A stretch of 64,000 bases of DNA, from assembly GCA_002719295.1 (NCBI GenBank), contig PBHC01000012.1, forward strand, positions 84,676-148,675, written 5' to 3'. Made by a program: the position numbers and the translations under genes. Every line of letters begins with the position of its first letter. Within the stretch, counting starts at the first letter, position 1. The notes beneath the pieces were generated by a model, which did not search any database, was not told the DNA's origin, and saw only the letters and a program-made list of their open reading frames with translations. This DNA comes from Chloroflexota bacterium. Lineage in GTDB: Bacteria > Chloroflexota > Dehalococcoidia > Lucifugimonadales > Lucifugimonadaceae. This document shows positions 37,492 through 47,302 of this stretch, piece after piece.

Positions 37492-38469
37492 ATGGATATT
37501 TTAACTCTTAATATAATTATTTTTGCAATTAGTGCTGTTTCTACAGTTATCTTTGGTAGTTATTTAGCAAAATATGGAGATGTATTAGCATCAATAACTG
37601 GATTAGGTCGCTTATTTATAGGAAGTATACTTGTAGCATTAGCAACATCTCTTCCTGAACTATCCGCTAATATATCTGCAGTGTTATTAGATCCTCCAAA
37701 CCCAGCTCTTGCACTTGGAGATATACTTGGTTCAAACATGATCAACATGCTTATATTTTGTTCAATTGCACTTCTTTTTGGTGGCAAAACTGTAATTGAT
37801 CAAATATCAAGTAGCCAAATTTATCTTGCAGCACTGGCTACATTTATGACTGTAGTTGTTTTACTAGTTACTTTTCTAAATTTTTCATATTCTTTCTATA
37901 ATGTAGGTTTATCTTCATTCATTATTTTTATCTTTTATGTGATAGGACTTAGATATACATATAAGTTGAAACCAGACGAAGAAATAGAAGAGGACGATTC
38001 AGATATCACACCTTTCAAAGCTTGGTTTTATTTTATTCTTATTTCAGTAGGAGTTGTTTTTTCTGGATATTTTTTAGCTTATAGCGTAGATAATATTTCT
38101 CATGAAACAGGAGTAGCATCAAGTACCTTAGGCATAATTGTTTCATCCATAGTTACTTCCATGCCTGAAGCTTCATCATATATAGCTTCTGTAAGAATGA
38201 AGGCTACTGACTTAGGAGTAGCAGGCTTATTTGGAAGTTGTGTATTTAATGTGACTATTATTTTTTATACAGATATTTTTTATGTTGGAAACATAATTGA
38301 GCAATTTGAAAGTGCTCATATAATTGCCACAATAACAGGACTTTTATTGATATCAATTTCTGCATTATTGATATTTTTGAAAGGTAATTTATCTGGATAT
38401 ATGAAAAATGCTTTTCTTGTTGTTTTAGTTCTAATATATATAGCAGGAATCTTTTTTATAACCACATAA
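37492..38469 (+). CDS. Ca2+/cation antiporter (CaCA, YrbG-like) family protein
   Basis: Alpha-1 repeat GSILVALATSLPELSANISA...GDILGSNMINML and alpha-2 repeat IIVSSIVTSMPEASSYI...GLFGSCVFNV. Confidence 0.85.
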   Translation: MDILTLNIIIFAISAVSTVIFGSYLAKYGDVLASITGLGRLFIGSILVALATSLPELSANISAVLLDPPNPALALGDILGSNMINMLIFCSIALLFGGKTVIDQISSSQIYLAALATFMTVVVLLVTFLNFSYSFYNVGLSSFIIFIFYVIGLRYTYKLKPDEEIEEDDSDITPFKAWFYFILISVGVVFSGYFLAYSVDNISHETGVASSTLGIIVSSIVTSMPEASSYIASVRMKATDLGVAGLFGSCVFNVTIIFYTDIFYVGNIIEQFESAHIIATITGLLLISISALLIFLKGNLSGYMKNAFLVVLVLIYIAGIFFITT

Positions 38470-38473
38470 GTGC

Positions 38474-39577
38474 TTATATTGTAAAATCTATTATTCCTCT
38501 ACCATCTTTTCCATTCTCTAGATCTTTATATGCTTCATTGATTTGATCTAATGGGTATTTTCTTTCTATAACAGAATTTATATCTAGTTTACCTGTTTTA
38601 TAAAAATCAATTATTCTTTCAAAAGTTACATGAGGAGATACTGATCCATAGTATGAACCCACAAGAGTTTTATGATCTCTTACCATATCAACTAAATCTA
38701 TATTTGCGGTCATTCCCATTGGAGCGAGTCCAATAATTACACCAGTTCCTCCTTTTTTCAAGGATTTCATCATCTGTTCTGTTGTAATAGAACTTCCAAA
38801 GGCATCAAATCCAAAATCTACGCCCTGTCCATTTGTAATTTCTTGAATTTTTTCTTGAACATCGTCAGTTTTAGAATTAATTGTATGGGTTGCTCCAAAT
38901 TTATAACTAAATTCAAGTTTGCTATCTAGTATATCTACCGCAATAATTTTAGAAGAGTTCATTATTTGACCACCCAATATAGTGTTCAGTCCTACTCCTC
39001 CTGTACCAAAAACGGCAATAGTTGCACCTGGGAAGATGTTTTTTTGATTAATTACTCCCCCTACCCCTGTAGTAACAGAGCACCCAATTAAGCATGCAAC
39101 ATCTATTGGAACGTCATCATCTATCTTGAAACATGCATTTTCAGGGATAACAATTTCTTCAGCAAAAACTCCTAGTTTTGCCATCTGATGAATTTCTTCA
39201 TTTTTTTCATCTTTTAATCTAAATGTTCCATCGTATTGCTTAGTTCCTGTAAGCCTATTAGTGTCACATAGATTCCCTAATCCATTTCTACAAGAAACAC
39301 ACGATCCACAACTAGCTACAAAAGATAAAATACATTTATCGCCTTTACTTACAGATGTAACATTTTCTCCAATATCTTCTATTATCCCAGCACCTTCGTG
39401 ACCTAAAACAATTGGCATTGGGAATGCTGTTTCACCTTTCATGATATGGTGATCTGAAGCACATACCCCAGCAGCTAACATTTTTACCTTAACTTCATTG
39501 CTTTTTGGAGATTCTTGGTGAAGATCTTTTATGATCATTGGCTTGTTAGCTTCATATAGAACTGCTGCTTTAACCAT
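38474..39577 (-). CDS. Zn-dependent alcohol dehydrogenase (class III-like)
   Basis: GVCASDHH, GHEGAGIIE, structural-Zn cluster CGSCVSCRNGLGNLC and a GTGGVG motif. Confidence 0.85.
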   Translation of the reverse strand: MVKAAVLYEANKPMIIKDLHQESPKSNEVKVKMLAAGVCASDHHIMKGETAFPMPIVLGHEGAGIIEDIGENVTSVSKGDKCILSFVASCGSCVSCRNGLGNLCDTNRLTGTKQYDGTFRLKDEKNEEIHQMAKLGVFAEEIVIPENACFKIDDDVPIDVACLIGCSVTTGVGGVINQKNIFPGATIAVFGTGGVGLNTILGGQIMNSSKIIAVDILDSKLEFSYKFGATHTINSKTDDVQEKIQEITNGQGVDFGFDAFGSSITTEQMMKSLKKGGTGVIIGLAPMGMTANIDLVDMVRDHKTLVGSYYGSVSPHVTFERIIDFYKTGKLDINSVIERKYPLDQINEAYKDLENGKDGRGIIDFTI

Positions 39578-39579
39578 AA

Positions 39580-40794
39580 TTATTTTCCTTTATTAGGCTT
39601 TATTCTTACAAAAATAAAACTGATTATTGAAATTATTAAAATCAATTCTACAAGATTAAATGCTAAAGTATAAGTTTTATATCTATCAAAAATTATACCT
39701 GAGAATATAGGACCAATAATTATAGGTAATGCTATTGGCATATTGATAAAACCAAAAATTGAAGAATATTTTTTCAATCCAAATAATTCAGTTGTAATTG
39801 CAGGACCCAATACTCCCATAGCACCAATTCCTAAGCCCATCAATGAAGATCCAATCCACATTAACTCTTGTCTGTCAGCAAGGACAAATTGTATCCCAAT
39901 CATTTGGAAAATTACTACAATTATTAAAATAAACCTTGATGGAATCAAATCGCTTAGCCAACCACTTATTAATTTACTTATAACCGCAAATATTCCAAAT
40001 GCGGACATCATAGAGGAAGCTAAACCAACATTCACTCCTTTAGCTACAAAATGAGGGACCAGTTGTATTACAACTGTGGTTCTAGCAAATTGTTGTAAAG
40101 TCATTCCTGATACTAAAAACCAAAAAGCACTAGTTTTGATAGCTTCTGATAACTCATAATCTTTTTCAGAGCCTTTTTTTGCTTCATTTTTATTTCTAGA
40201 TTCAAAATCATGATTTTTATCATCCCTTATAAATATAAGAACTAAAATAAGTACAATAAATGTTGATATACCTAGAGCATAAAAAGCAAATCTCCAACCT
40301 GATGCGAGAATTATAAAGGTCGCAATTGGTACAGTTACAACTGCTGAAAAATTATTTCCAGCCATTGTAAAACCGATCATCCTTCCTCTAATTTTTGGGA
40401 ACCATAAACCCATAAGTTTACCTAGAGGAAGCTGTGTAGCTCCAGGAATCCCTACATATAGTAGTATGCTTGATACATAAAGTTGCCATAAGTCACTCAT
40501 AGAGCCCCTCATAAAGAAACCTAAAGTAACAAGTAATAAAGAAAGTGACATTATTTTAGTAGATCCAAACCTGTCTAAAAACCTCCCTGCTACAGGGGCT
40601 ATAAACGAACTGGCTATACCTAAAGATAAAGATAAGTTAATTTGAGTTCTTGACCATCCGAATTCTTCTTCTAAGGGAATTACAAAAGCCTGAAATGCAT
40701 ATTGTACAAATCCTATGGATGTACCAACAGAAAGAAATGTAGTTCCTGCAACAAGCCACCTTCTGTATTGATAACTAAATAAATTAAAACTCAT
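39580..40794 (-). CDS. MFS transporter (OFA-like)
   Basis: 404 aa, 12 TM helices. 4-nt overlap with the upstream enolase-family gene and a 2-nt gap to the downstream ADH. Confidence 0.85.
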   Translation of the reverse strand: MSFNLFSYQYRRWLVAGTTFLSVGTSIGFVQYAFQAFVIPLEEEFGWSRTQINLSLSLGIASSFIAPVAGRFLDRFGSTKIMSLSLLLVTLGFFMRGSMSDLWQLYVSSILLYVGIPGATQLPLGKLMGLWFPKIRGRMIGFTMAGNNFSAVVTVPIATFIILASGWRFAFYALGISTFIVLILVLIFIRDDKNHDFESRNKNEAKKGSEKDYELSEAIKTSAFWFLVSGMTLQQFARTTVVIQLVPHFVAKGVNVGLASSMMSAFGIFAVISKLISGWLSDLIPSRFILIIVVIFQMIGIQFVLADRQELMWIGSSLMGLGIGAMGVLGPAITTELFGLKKYSSIFGFINMPIALPIIIGPIFSGIIFDRYKTYTLAFNLVELILIISIISFIFVRIKPNKGK

Positions 40795-41957
40795 GTTCTT
40801 ATAATTAGGTCTTCCTTAATTGTTACACCAAGTCCTGATCCTTCAGGAACTTTGATTTTTCCATTAATTACTTCTGGGTTTTCATTGAAAATATAAAATT
40901 TATGTTTATAGCTACTTAAAGGAGGGTCATTTAGCATTTCACAATAAGGGGCATTTTCCCAAGTTGAAAGAAGATGAATATGAGCAATAACTCCAATATC
41001 TCCTCCTCCATGATGCGGAACAATTTCTTTATTATGTTTTTTTGATAAATCTCCAATTTCTATAAGAGGAGAAATTCCTCCCAAAACCATAGATTCGGGT
41101 TGTAAAATATCATAAGCATTCTTTTCAATCATTTCATGAAAATCTGACACTACTGTATTATTTTCTCCTCCAGCAATCTTTGTTTTTTTCATTGATACTA
41201 GTTCAGAAAGTTCTCTGTAATTAAATCTAGGCCTTGGTTCTTCAAGCCAATAACATCCAAGTTCATGCATTGCTTCATTTGTTTTTTTTGCTCTATCCAT
41301 ATCCCAAATCACCCCAGGTTGCCAAGGATAACTTGATTGTGCTTGATTTGCGTCAACTAAAATATCTAATTTTCCATTAGTTTTTGATACTATTTTTTCT
41401 ATAGTTTCTATATCTTTTTCATAATCATTATGATGTAACCTAACCTTTATAGATTTCCATCCTTCTTTCAATAAATTTTCAGATAATTCAGCTCTCTCAT
41501 CTGGATCTGAAAGAATAACAAAACTTGAATAAGGAATTAAATAATCTTTTTTCTTGCCTAAAATCTCTGAAATAGACTTCCCTTCTATTTTTCCTTTTAA
41601 ATCCCACAAAGCTATATCTATCCCAGCCAATCCATTATATGGAATATTTCTAGTTTTATAGATCAAATACTTAAAATGACTAATCACATCCACAGGACTT
41701 TTTCCAACTAAGTATTCTTTTGCATCATTCAAAATTGATTGATCACATCCAGGTCCTATTCCAATAGTTCCATCATCTAATTCAATTTCTGTAAATGTTG
41801 TTCCTCCGATATTTGATTTTACTGAACTACCGGGACTCCAAGCTGGTTCAACATCTCCCAAATATTCTACTAATTTAGTTTTAGAGAGTCTTAAGTCTTT
41901 AATTTTCATATTTTCCTCTATACAATTTTTTTTTTTATTGGATATGATAATTTTCAA
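40791..41957 (-). CDS. Enolase-superfamily enzyme (mandelate racemase/muconate-lactonizing family)
   Basis: DIALWDLKGK, VDANQA, LEEP, GGEN and PH motifs. The more likely start is the ATG at 41909 (MKIKDLRL...), preceded by GAGGAAAAT. Confidence 0.85.
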   Translation of the reverse strand: MKIIISNKKKNCIEENMKIKDLRLSKTKLVEYLGDVEPAWSPGSSVKSNIGGTTFTEIELDDGTIGIGPGCDQSILNDAKEYLVGKSPVDVISHFKYLIYKTRNIPYNGLAGIDIALWDLKGKIEGKSISEILGKKKDYLIPYSSFVILSDPDERAELSENLLKEGWKSIKVRLHHNDYEKDIETIEKIVSKTNGKLDILVDANQAQSSYPWQPGVIWDMDRAKKTNEAMHELGCYWLEEPRPRFNYRELSELVSMKKTKIAGGENNTVVSDFHEMIEKNAYDILQPESMVLGGISPLIEIGDLSKKHNKEIVPHHGGGDIGVIAHIHLLSTWENAPYCEMLNDPPLSSYKHKFYIFNENPEVINGKIKVPEGSGLGVTIKEDLIIRT

Positions 41958-42006
41958 ATGTTATATAAATTACAAACACTAAACTATACTCTAATGGGAC
42001 AGAATT

Positions 42007-43197
42007 ATGAAAATTAAATCAATCGAAGCTTTTACAATCGAATTAAAACCCAATATAAAAACTAAACCTAGAGTGCCTAAATCTAATGATCCTTATGACA
42101 CTAGAGGAATGGTAAGCCCAATGAATAGATATCCAGGTATCCCTAGGTCTGAATGGACTGCTAATTGGAAAAGAACGGCATGTATAGTAAAGGGTGAAGA
42201 TGGAACTTGGGGGTTTGGATTTACCCTATATTCAGGTGTTACTGAGTCAATAATAAATGATCACTTGGCTAAAATTTTAGTTGGTAAAGATTGTATGTCT
42301 ACTGAAATGCTTTGGGATATTATGCAGCAATCAACAATTCCATATGGTACATCTGGATTATCAAGTTTTGCAATAAGTGCAGTAGATAATGCTATTTGGG
42401 ATCTTAAGGGTAAAGTTTTAGATAGGCCAGTTTATGAAATTATTGGAGGGCCTCAAAAGGATAAAATATTTTGTTACGCAAGTAATACTAGTTTTGAATA
42501 TGGGACTAAAAATAGCATAGAGTGGTTCTTAGAATTAGGATTTAAAGCCGTAAAACTCTTTTTAAGAGAAGGGCCAGAGAGTAATCTTGAAGGAATAAAC
42601 AGAGCTGAAGAGTTAGTTGCTTCAACAAGAGAACAAGTGGGACCTGATGTAGAAATAGCTGTTGATGCATGGATGTCCTTAAATAATGAGTATGCTGTTA
42701 GGTTAGCAGAAGCATTAAGGCCATACAAAATTAAGTGGATGGAGGATTACTTAAATCCAGAAAATCTAGATGGTTATCAAAACTTAAGAAATAGAATACC
42801 TTGGCAAACTTTAGCAACTGGAGAACATTGGTATTCATTGTATCCCTTCGCTGTGGCTGCTAGTAAAGGAATCGTAGATATTTTTCAACCAGACTTGAAT
42901 TGGGTAGGGGGAATAACAGCAGGAATAAAGATTTGTCACTTAGCAGAAGCGCATGGTCTTTCAGTAATTCCTCATGCTAGTACAAACTATCCATATGGAC
43001 AACATTTGGCTTTTTCTATGCCATCAGTGCCTTGGGCAGAAAGATCAGAAGGAGTTTCTCCTCCAGGAGTTCCATTAGAAGAAATGGTTTTATTACCTGG
43101 AACACCTACAATTAAAGATGGCTATATTATTCCATCAGATGCTCCTGGTTTTGGGTTAGAAATTACAGAAGACTGGCTTAAGGAAAGAGCGGTTTAG
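42007..43197 (+). CDS. Enolase-superfamily dehydratase, L-rhamnonate dehydratase (RhmD)-like
   Basis: 396 aa. SPMNRY, AIWDLKGKVLDRPVYEIIGG, VDAWMS..YAVRLAEALRPYKIKWMEDYL, TGEH and QPDLNWVGG parallel E. coli RhmD as I recall it. Confidence 0.75.
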   Translation: MKIKSIEAFTIELKPNIKTKPRVPKSNDPYDTRGMVSPMNRYPGIPRSEWTANWKRTACIVKGEDGTWGFGFTLYSGVTESIINDHLAKILVGKDCMSTEMLWDIMQQSTIPYGTSGLSSFAISAVDNAIWDLKGKVLDRPVYEIIGGPQKDKIFCYASNTSFEYGTKNSIEWFLELGFKAVKLFLREGPESNLEGINRAEELVASTREQVGPDVEIAVDAWMSLNNEYAVRLAEALRPYKIKWMEDYLNPENLDGYQNLRNRIPWQTLATGEHWYSLYPFAVAASKGIVDIFQPDLNWVGGITAGIKICHLAEAHGLSVIPHASTNYPYGQHLAFSMPSVPWAERSEGVSPPGVPLEEMVLLPGTPTIKDGYIIPSDAPGFGLEITEDWLKERAV

Positions 43198-43293
43198 TTA
43201 AAATTTAATATTTTTATATGACATTTCAAAATAATTGATATATTATATTTTTCTAAACAAGGTTTATTACAAATGAAATTATTGGAGAATTAA

Positions 43294-44067
43294 ATGAATA
43301 AAGTAAAAGAGAATTTAAAGGCAGGAAAAACAGTAGTAGGCTGTGCAGGATCCCCTTGGGTAGAAAATATGAGCATATTAGCTGATTCTGATTATGATTT
43401 TATATTATATGACACTCAGCATTCACCATTTATGGTAAAAGAATTTATTCCAGCTATTGCTTCAATGGCGGGGAAAAATGCTTCTCCTATAGTGAGAGTA
43501 AGCGCAAATCAACCAGATCTTATATGTTTTGCTTTAGACGCAGGAGCTAGAGGAATAGTTGTTCCAATGGTAAATACAAAAGAAGAAGCTGAGGCAATGG
43601 TCAGAGCTTGTAAATATGCTCCATTAGGAGATAGAAGTAATGCCGGCCTTAGAGGTGATTGGGGAGTAGACGTTAAAGAATATTCTACAAAAGAAAAATA
43701 TAGAGAATATTTAGATATGTATAATGATGAAGTTTTGATTGCTCCTATGATAGAAACTCAACAAGCTATTGACAACATAGATGAGATTTTAAGTGTAGAC
43801 GGTATAGATGTATTGCTTATTGGTCCTTCTGATTTATCTATAGAACTTGGAGTTTCATTAGATTTTGAATCAAGTGAATACGAAAAAGGTTTGGATATAA
43901 TTGCTGAGGCATGCAAAAGACATGGAGTCGTACCTGGAATGTATTTTATCCCTCCAACTATGGATCCTAACTTTTTTGTAGATAAAGGATATAAATTTTT
44001 CACAATGCCATGGGGTAATTGGGCAACTCAAGGAATTTCTGAAGGATTAAAGTCAATTAAAAGATAA
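43294..44067 (+). CDS. HpcH/HpaI-family 2-keto-3-deoxy-acid aldolase (RhmA/YfaU-like)
   Basis: 257 aa. LKAGKTVVG, VRV, GIVVPMVNT.EEA, MIET and LLIGPSDLS motifs. Confidence 0.85.
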   Translation: MNKVKENLKAGKTVVGCAGSPWVENMSILADSDYDFILYDTQHSPFMVKEFIPAIASMAGKNASPIVRVSANQPDLICFALDAGARGIVVPMVNTKEEAEAMVRACKYAPLGDRSNAGLRGDWGVDVKEYSTKEKYREYLDMYNDEVLIAPMIETQQAIDNIDEILSVDGIDVLLIGPSDLSIELGVSLDFESSEYEKGLDIIAEACKRHGVVPGMYFIPPTMDPNFFVDKGYKFFTMPWGNWATQGISEGLKSIKR

Positions 44068-44187
44068 AAAATAATTTATCTAACATTGTTTTAAGAATTT
44101 AGACCAGTATCAGTAGTAATAATCATCAGCTAGATAAGGAATTACTCTATAGAATTGAATTCTACGATTAAAAAACCGTAGAAAAAT

Positions 44188-45384
44188 ATGACTTCTTTTT
44201 TAGATTACAATTTAGCTGATGGTTTAATTAAATCATTAAAATATTTAAAATTTCATAAACCGACAGAAATTCAAGAAAAAACTATACCAATTGCTTTAAA
44301 GAACAATGACGTACTTGCAAGTGCTGAAACAGGTTCGGGGAAGACTGCTGCATACCTGATTCCGTTGATACAAAAAATAACTTCATCACCAAATACTTAT
44401 GGTTTAATTCTTGTTCCTACTAGAGAATTAGCAAAACAAGTAGCAGATGTTGGAATTTCCCTCAAAGGATACAAAAGTAAAATTTTAATAACTCAAGTTG
44501 TGGGTGGAGCAAGCTTAAACAATCAGGTTTCTCAATTAAAAAAATCTCCAAAAATAATCATAGGAACCCCAGGAAGAATTAACGATCTATTACTTAGGAA
44601 ATCTTTATCATTGAAAAACTTTAATTTTCTTGTTCTGGATGAAGCGGACAGAATGTTGGACATGGGTTTTGAAGACCAAGTTGAGAAAATCTTAAAATAT
44701 TTACCTAAAAAAAGGCAATCCTTACTTTTTTCAGCAACAATACCAGAGAGAATTAAAAAACTTTCAACAAAATATTTAAAATCACCTCATAGAGTAGAAG
44801 TTAAAGAAAATAATGTTATAAAAACTCAAATTACTCAAAAAATCATACAAACCACACAAGAAAAAAAATATGATGAATTACTTGATGAAATAACAGAAAG
44901 ACGCGGTTCAATTTTAATTTTTGTAAGGACAAAATACTTAACTGAAAAATTAAAGAAGAGGTTGAAACAAGATACAGTCAAAAGTTTGGCTCTTCATGGA
45001 GATCTAAGACAAAACAGAAGAAATAGAGTGATAGATGATTTTAAAAAATCTAAATATAGAATACTTATTGCTACTGATATTGCTTCAAGAGGCTTAGATA
45101 TTCCTCATATTGAACACGTAATAAACTATGATATGCCTCAAGTTCCTGAAGACTATATTCACAGAATAGGTAGAACAGCAAGAGCTGGTTCAATTGGAGA
45201 AGCTGTCAGTTTTATTTCTCCTAGAGATGCAAAAATGTGGAAAATAATAGAGAAGCTTTTGGATAAAACCAAAAATCCTGACAAGAAATTTACCGAAGAA
45301 AAAATCGAAAAAAAACCAAAAGAAAATAGATTTAAAAAGCGAAGAAGAAATTCCAGAAAATACTATCAAAGATCTAAAAAATAA
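44188..45384 (+). CDS. DEAD-box ATP-dependent RNA helicase with basic C-terminal tail
   Basis: Q motif (F..L....L....F..PTEIQ), AETGSGKT, PTRELA, VLDEADRMLDMGF, SAT and HRIGRTARAG. The tail is Lys/Arg rich. Confidence 0.95.
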   Translation: MTSFLDYNLADGLIKSLKYLKFHKPTEIQEKTIPIALKNNDVLASAETGSGKTAAYLIPLIQKITSSPNTYGLILVPTRELAKQVADVGISLKGYKSKILITQVVGGASLNNQVSQLKKSPKIIIGTPGRINDLLLRKSLSLKNFNFLVLDEADRMLDMGFEDQVEKILKYLPKKRQSLLFSATIPERIKKLSTKYLKSPHRVEVKENNVIKTQITQKIIQTTQEKKYDELLDEITERRGSILIFVRTKYLTEKLKKRLKQDTVKSLALHGDLRQNRRNRVIDDFKKSKYRILIATDIASRGLDIPHIEHVINYDMPQVPEDYIHRIGRTARAGSIGEAVSFISPRDAKMWKIIEKLLDKTKNPDKKFTEEKIEKKPKENRFKKRRRNSRKYYQRSKK

Positions 45385-45457
45385 GTCTGTTACCAACTTT
45401 TCCTGATTTATTACCCAATTGTTTAAGTGAGATTTTTTTAATTTGAACTCAGAAGTT

Positions 45458-45534
45458 TGGTACCCCGTACCGGATTTGAACCGGTGATCTCCTGCGTGAA
45501 AGGCAGGCGTGTTAGGCCACTACACCAACGGGGC
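45458..45534 (-). tRNA. tRNA-Glu (anticodon UUC), CCA encoded
   Basis: Manual cloverleaf. Acceptor GCCCCGT/ACGGGGT (G1-U72 wobble), D stem GTGT/ACAC, anticodon stem CCTGC/GCAGG with loop CTTTCAC, T arm ACCGG-TTCAAAT-CCGGT, discriminator A plus CCA. The 5' end lies 3 nt after the argC stop. Confidence 0.9.
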
Positions 45535-45537
45535 ATA

Positions 45538-46554
45538 TTAAGGGTAAATAGGCAAAGCTCCTATACCCATTGTTTCTTCAAAACCTTGCATTAAGTTCAT
45601 GTTTTGAATAGCGGCACCTGCAGAACCTTTTACAAGATTATCCAAAGCGCTAATAACAACCAAAGTGTTTGTATCTTCCCTTACATAAGGATATAAGTAT
45701 ACAAAATTTGATCCCCAAGTATGCTTTGTTGCAGGAGGTGCATCTACTATTTTAATGAAAGGTTCGTTTTTGTAAAATTCTTTATATAGGTCAACAACGT
45801 CTTTTTCTTTGATTTCTTTTTTTAAAGTTGCGTAATTGGTACCTAAAATACCTCTTGTCATTGATACTAAGTGAGGCGTAAATAATACTTTGATTTTATT
45901 ATTAGATAAAAAATTCAGCTCTTGTGCCATTTCAGGTTGATGTCTATGACCTTTAGTTCCATAAGCTGCACAATTATCATTTAATTCTGAAAATCCAAAA
46001 GCTTCTTTTGAAGTTCTTCCTGCTCCTGATATTCCTGTTTTTGAGTCAATAATTATCAATTCTTCTATTAAATTATTACTAACTGCAGGAGACATAGATA
46101 ATATTCCTCCAGTTGGAAAGCAACCTGGGTTTGCTACTAATTTACTTGCTTTAATTTCTTTTCTGTGTAGTTCAGGAAGACCATATGTTGATTGTTCTAT
46201 CAACTCAGGTCTTGGATGAGTGATATCATACCAATTTTCATAAGTAGATAAATCTTTTAGTCTAAAATCTGCTGATATATCAATAGCAGGAATTCCACTA
46301 TCTACATATTGAGACAGTTTTTCAGCACTTGCTGCGTGTGGTAAAGCTGAAAAAACAAAATCTATGTTATCTGATAATTCTTCTTGAATTTTTATATTAG
46401 TTTTTTCCAAATGAGGAAAAACTTCATTTAAATTTAAACCTGCTTTACTTCTTCCTGTTGCAGATGCAAGATGTAATTCTGGATGTGAGTAAACGAGCCT
46501 AGCAATCTCTGCTCCAGCATATCCAGTTATATTTATAATCCCGACGTTTAACAT
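45538..46554 (-). CDS. argC: N-acetyl-gamma-glutamyl-phosphate reductase
   Basis: 338 aa. GITGYAG N-terminus and active-site Cys context VANPGCFPTG. Confidence 0.95.
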   Translation of the reverse strand: MLNVGIINITGYAGAEIARLVYSHPELHLASATGRSKAGLNLNEVFPHLEKTNIKIQEELSDNIDFVFSALPHAASAEKLSQYVDSGIPAIDISADFRLKDLSTYENWYDITHPRPELIEQSTYGLPELHRKEIKASKLVANPGCFPTGGILSMSPAVSNNLIEELIIIDSKTGISGAGRTSKEAFGFSELNDNCAAYGTKGHRHQPEMAQELNFLSNNKIKVLFTPHLVSMTRGILGTNYATLKKEIKEKDVVDLYKEFYKNEPFIKIVDAPPATKHTWGSNFVYLYPYVREDTNTLVVISALDNLVKGSAGAAIQNMNLMQGFEETMGIGALPIYP

Positions 46555-46637
46555 AGCAATAAATAATTTATAAAATTTAATTTTATCTTAAATTTTAAAA
46601 GTTTAGATGAATGGTTTTATTCAACTTGCATTTATTA

Positions 46638-47291
46638 CTAGGCTTTGTTTACTTTGAATGGGTTTTTTCTATTAGGAAAGCAAGTCCTACAAATTTCACA
46701 TATAGTTCCATCGCATCCTCTAGCTGTACAATTGGACCTTCCGTAATAAATAAATTGCAAATGTAATTTATTCCAGCTTTCTTTTGGGAATAATCTTTTT
46801 AAGTCTGTTTCGGTTTTATTTACATTTTGCCCATTGGTTAATCCCCATCTTTGAGAAAGACGATGAATATGAGTGTCTACAGGGAATGCTGGATGTCCAA
46901 ATCCTTGAGACATTACTACGCTTGCTGTTTTATGTCCTACTCCAGGTAAACTTTCTAAATCCTTGAAGTTTTCAGGAACAATAGAATTGAATTTATTCAC
47001 TATTATTTTTGATAAATTAGAGATGTTAGAAGATTTTTGAGGAGCCAAACCGCACGACTTAATTATATTTTCTATTTTTGATGGATGTATTTTCATCATT
47101 TTGACAGGAGTATTTGCTAAATCAAACAATTCTGGAGTAACTTTATTTACTCTTTCATCAGTACATTGAGCACTTAACAATACTGCTATTAGTAACTCAA
47201 ATATATTATGATGCGATAAAGGGATAGGAGTTTCGGGATACATCTCATTGAGTTTTTTGAGAATGTAGTTTGCTCTTTCTTTTTTTAACAA
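46638..47291 (-). CDS. nth: Endonuclease III
   Basis: LLSAQCTDERVN, helix-hairpin-helix LPGVGHKTASVV, catalytic VDTH and a C-terminal Cys cluster. Confidence 0.9.
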   Translation of the reverse strand: MLKKERANYILKKLNEMYPETPIPLSHHNIFELLIAVLLSAQCTDERVNKVTPELFDLANTPVKMMKIHPSKIENIIKSCGLAPQKSSNISNLSKIIVNKFNSIVPENFKDLESLPGVGHKTASVVMSQGFGHPAFPVDTHIHRLSQRWGLTNGQNVNKTETDLKRLFPKESWNKLHLQFIYYGRSNCTARGCDGTICEICRTCFPNRKNPFKVNKA

Positions 47292-47302
47292 TTTTTTCCC
47301 TT

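Noticed and set aside
43273-43293. 6-codon upstream mini-ORF (MKLLEN) ending in TAA directly before the aldolase ATG
   Set aside because: It is too short to evaluate. Its GGAG is most simply the Shine-Dalgarno sequence of the aldolase gene, and there is no attenuator-like structure.
45385-45537. tRNA-Glu as an integration hotspot or genomic-island boundary
   Set aside because: The flanking genes are argC and a DEAD-box helicase. There is no integrase, no duplicated tRNA 3' fragment and no visible compositional change.
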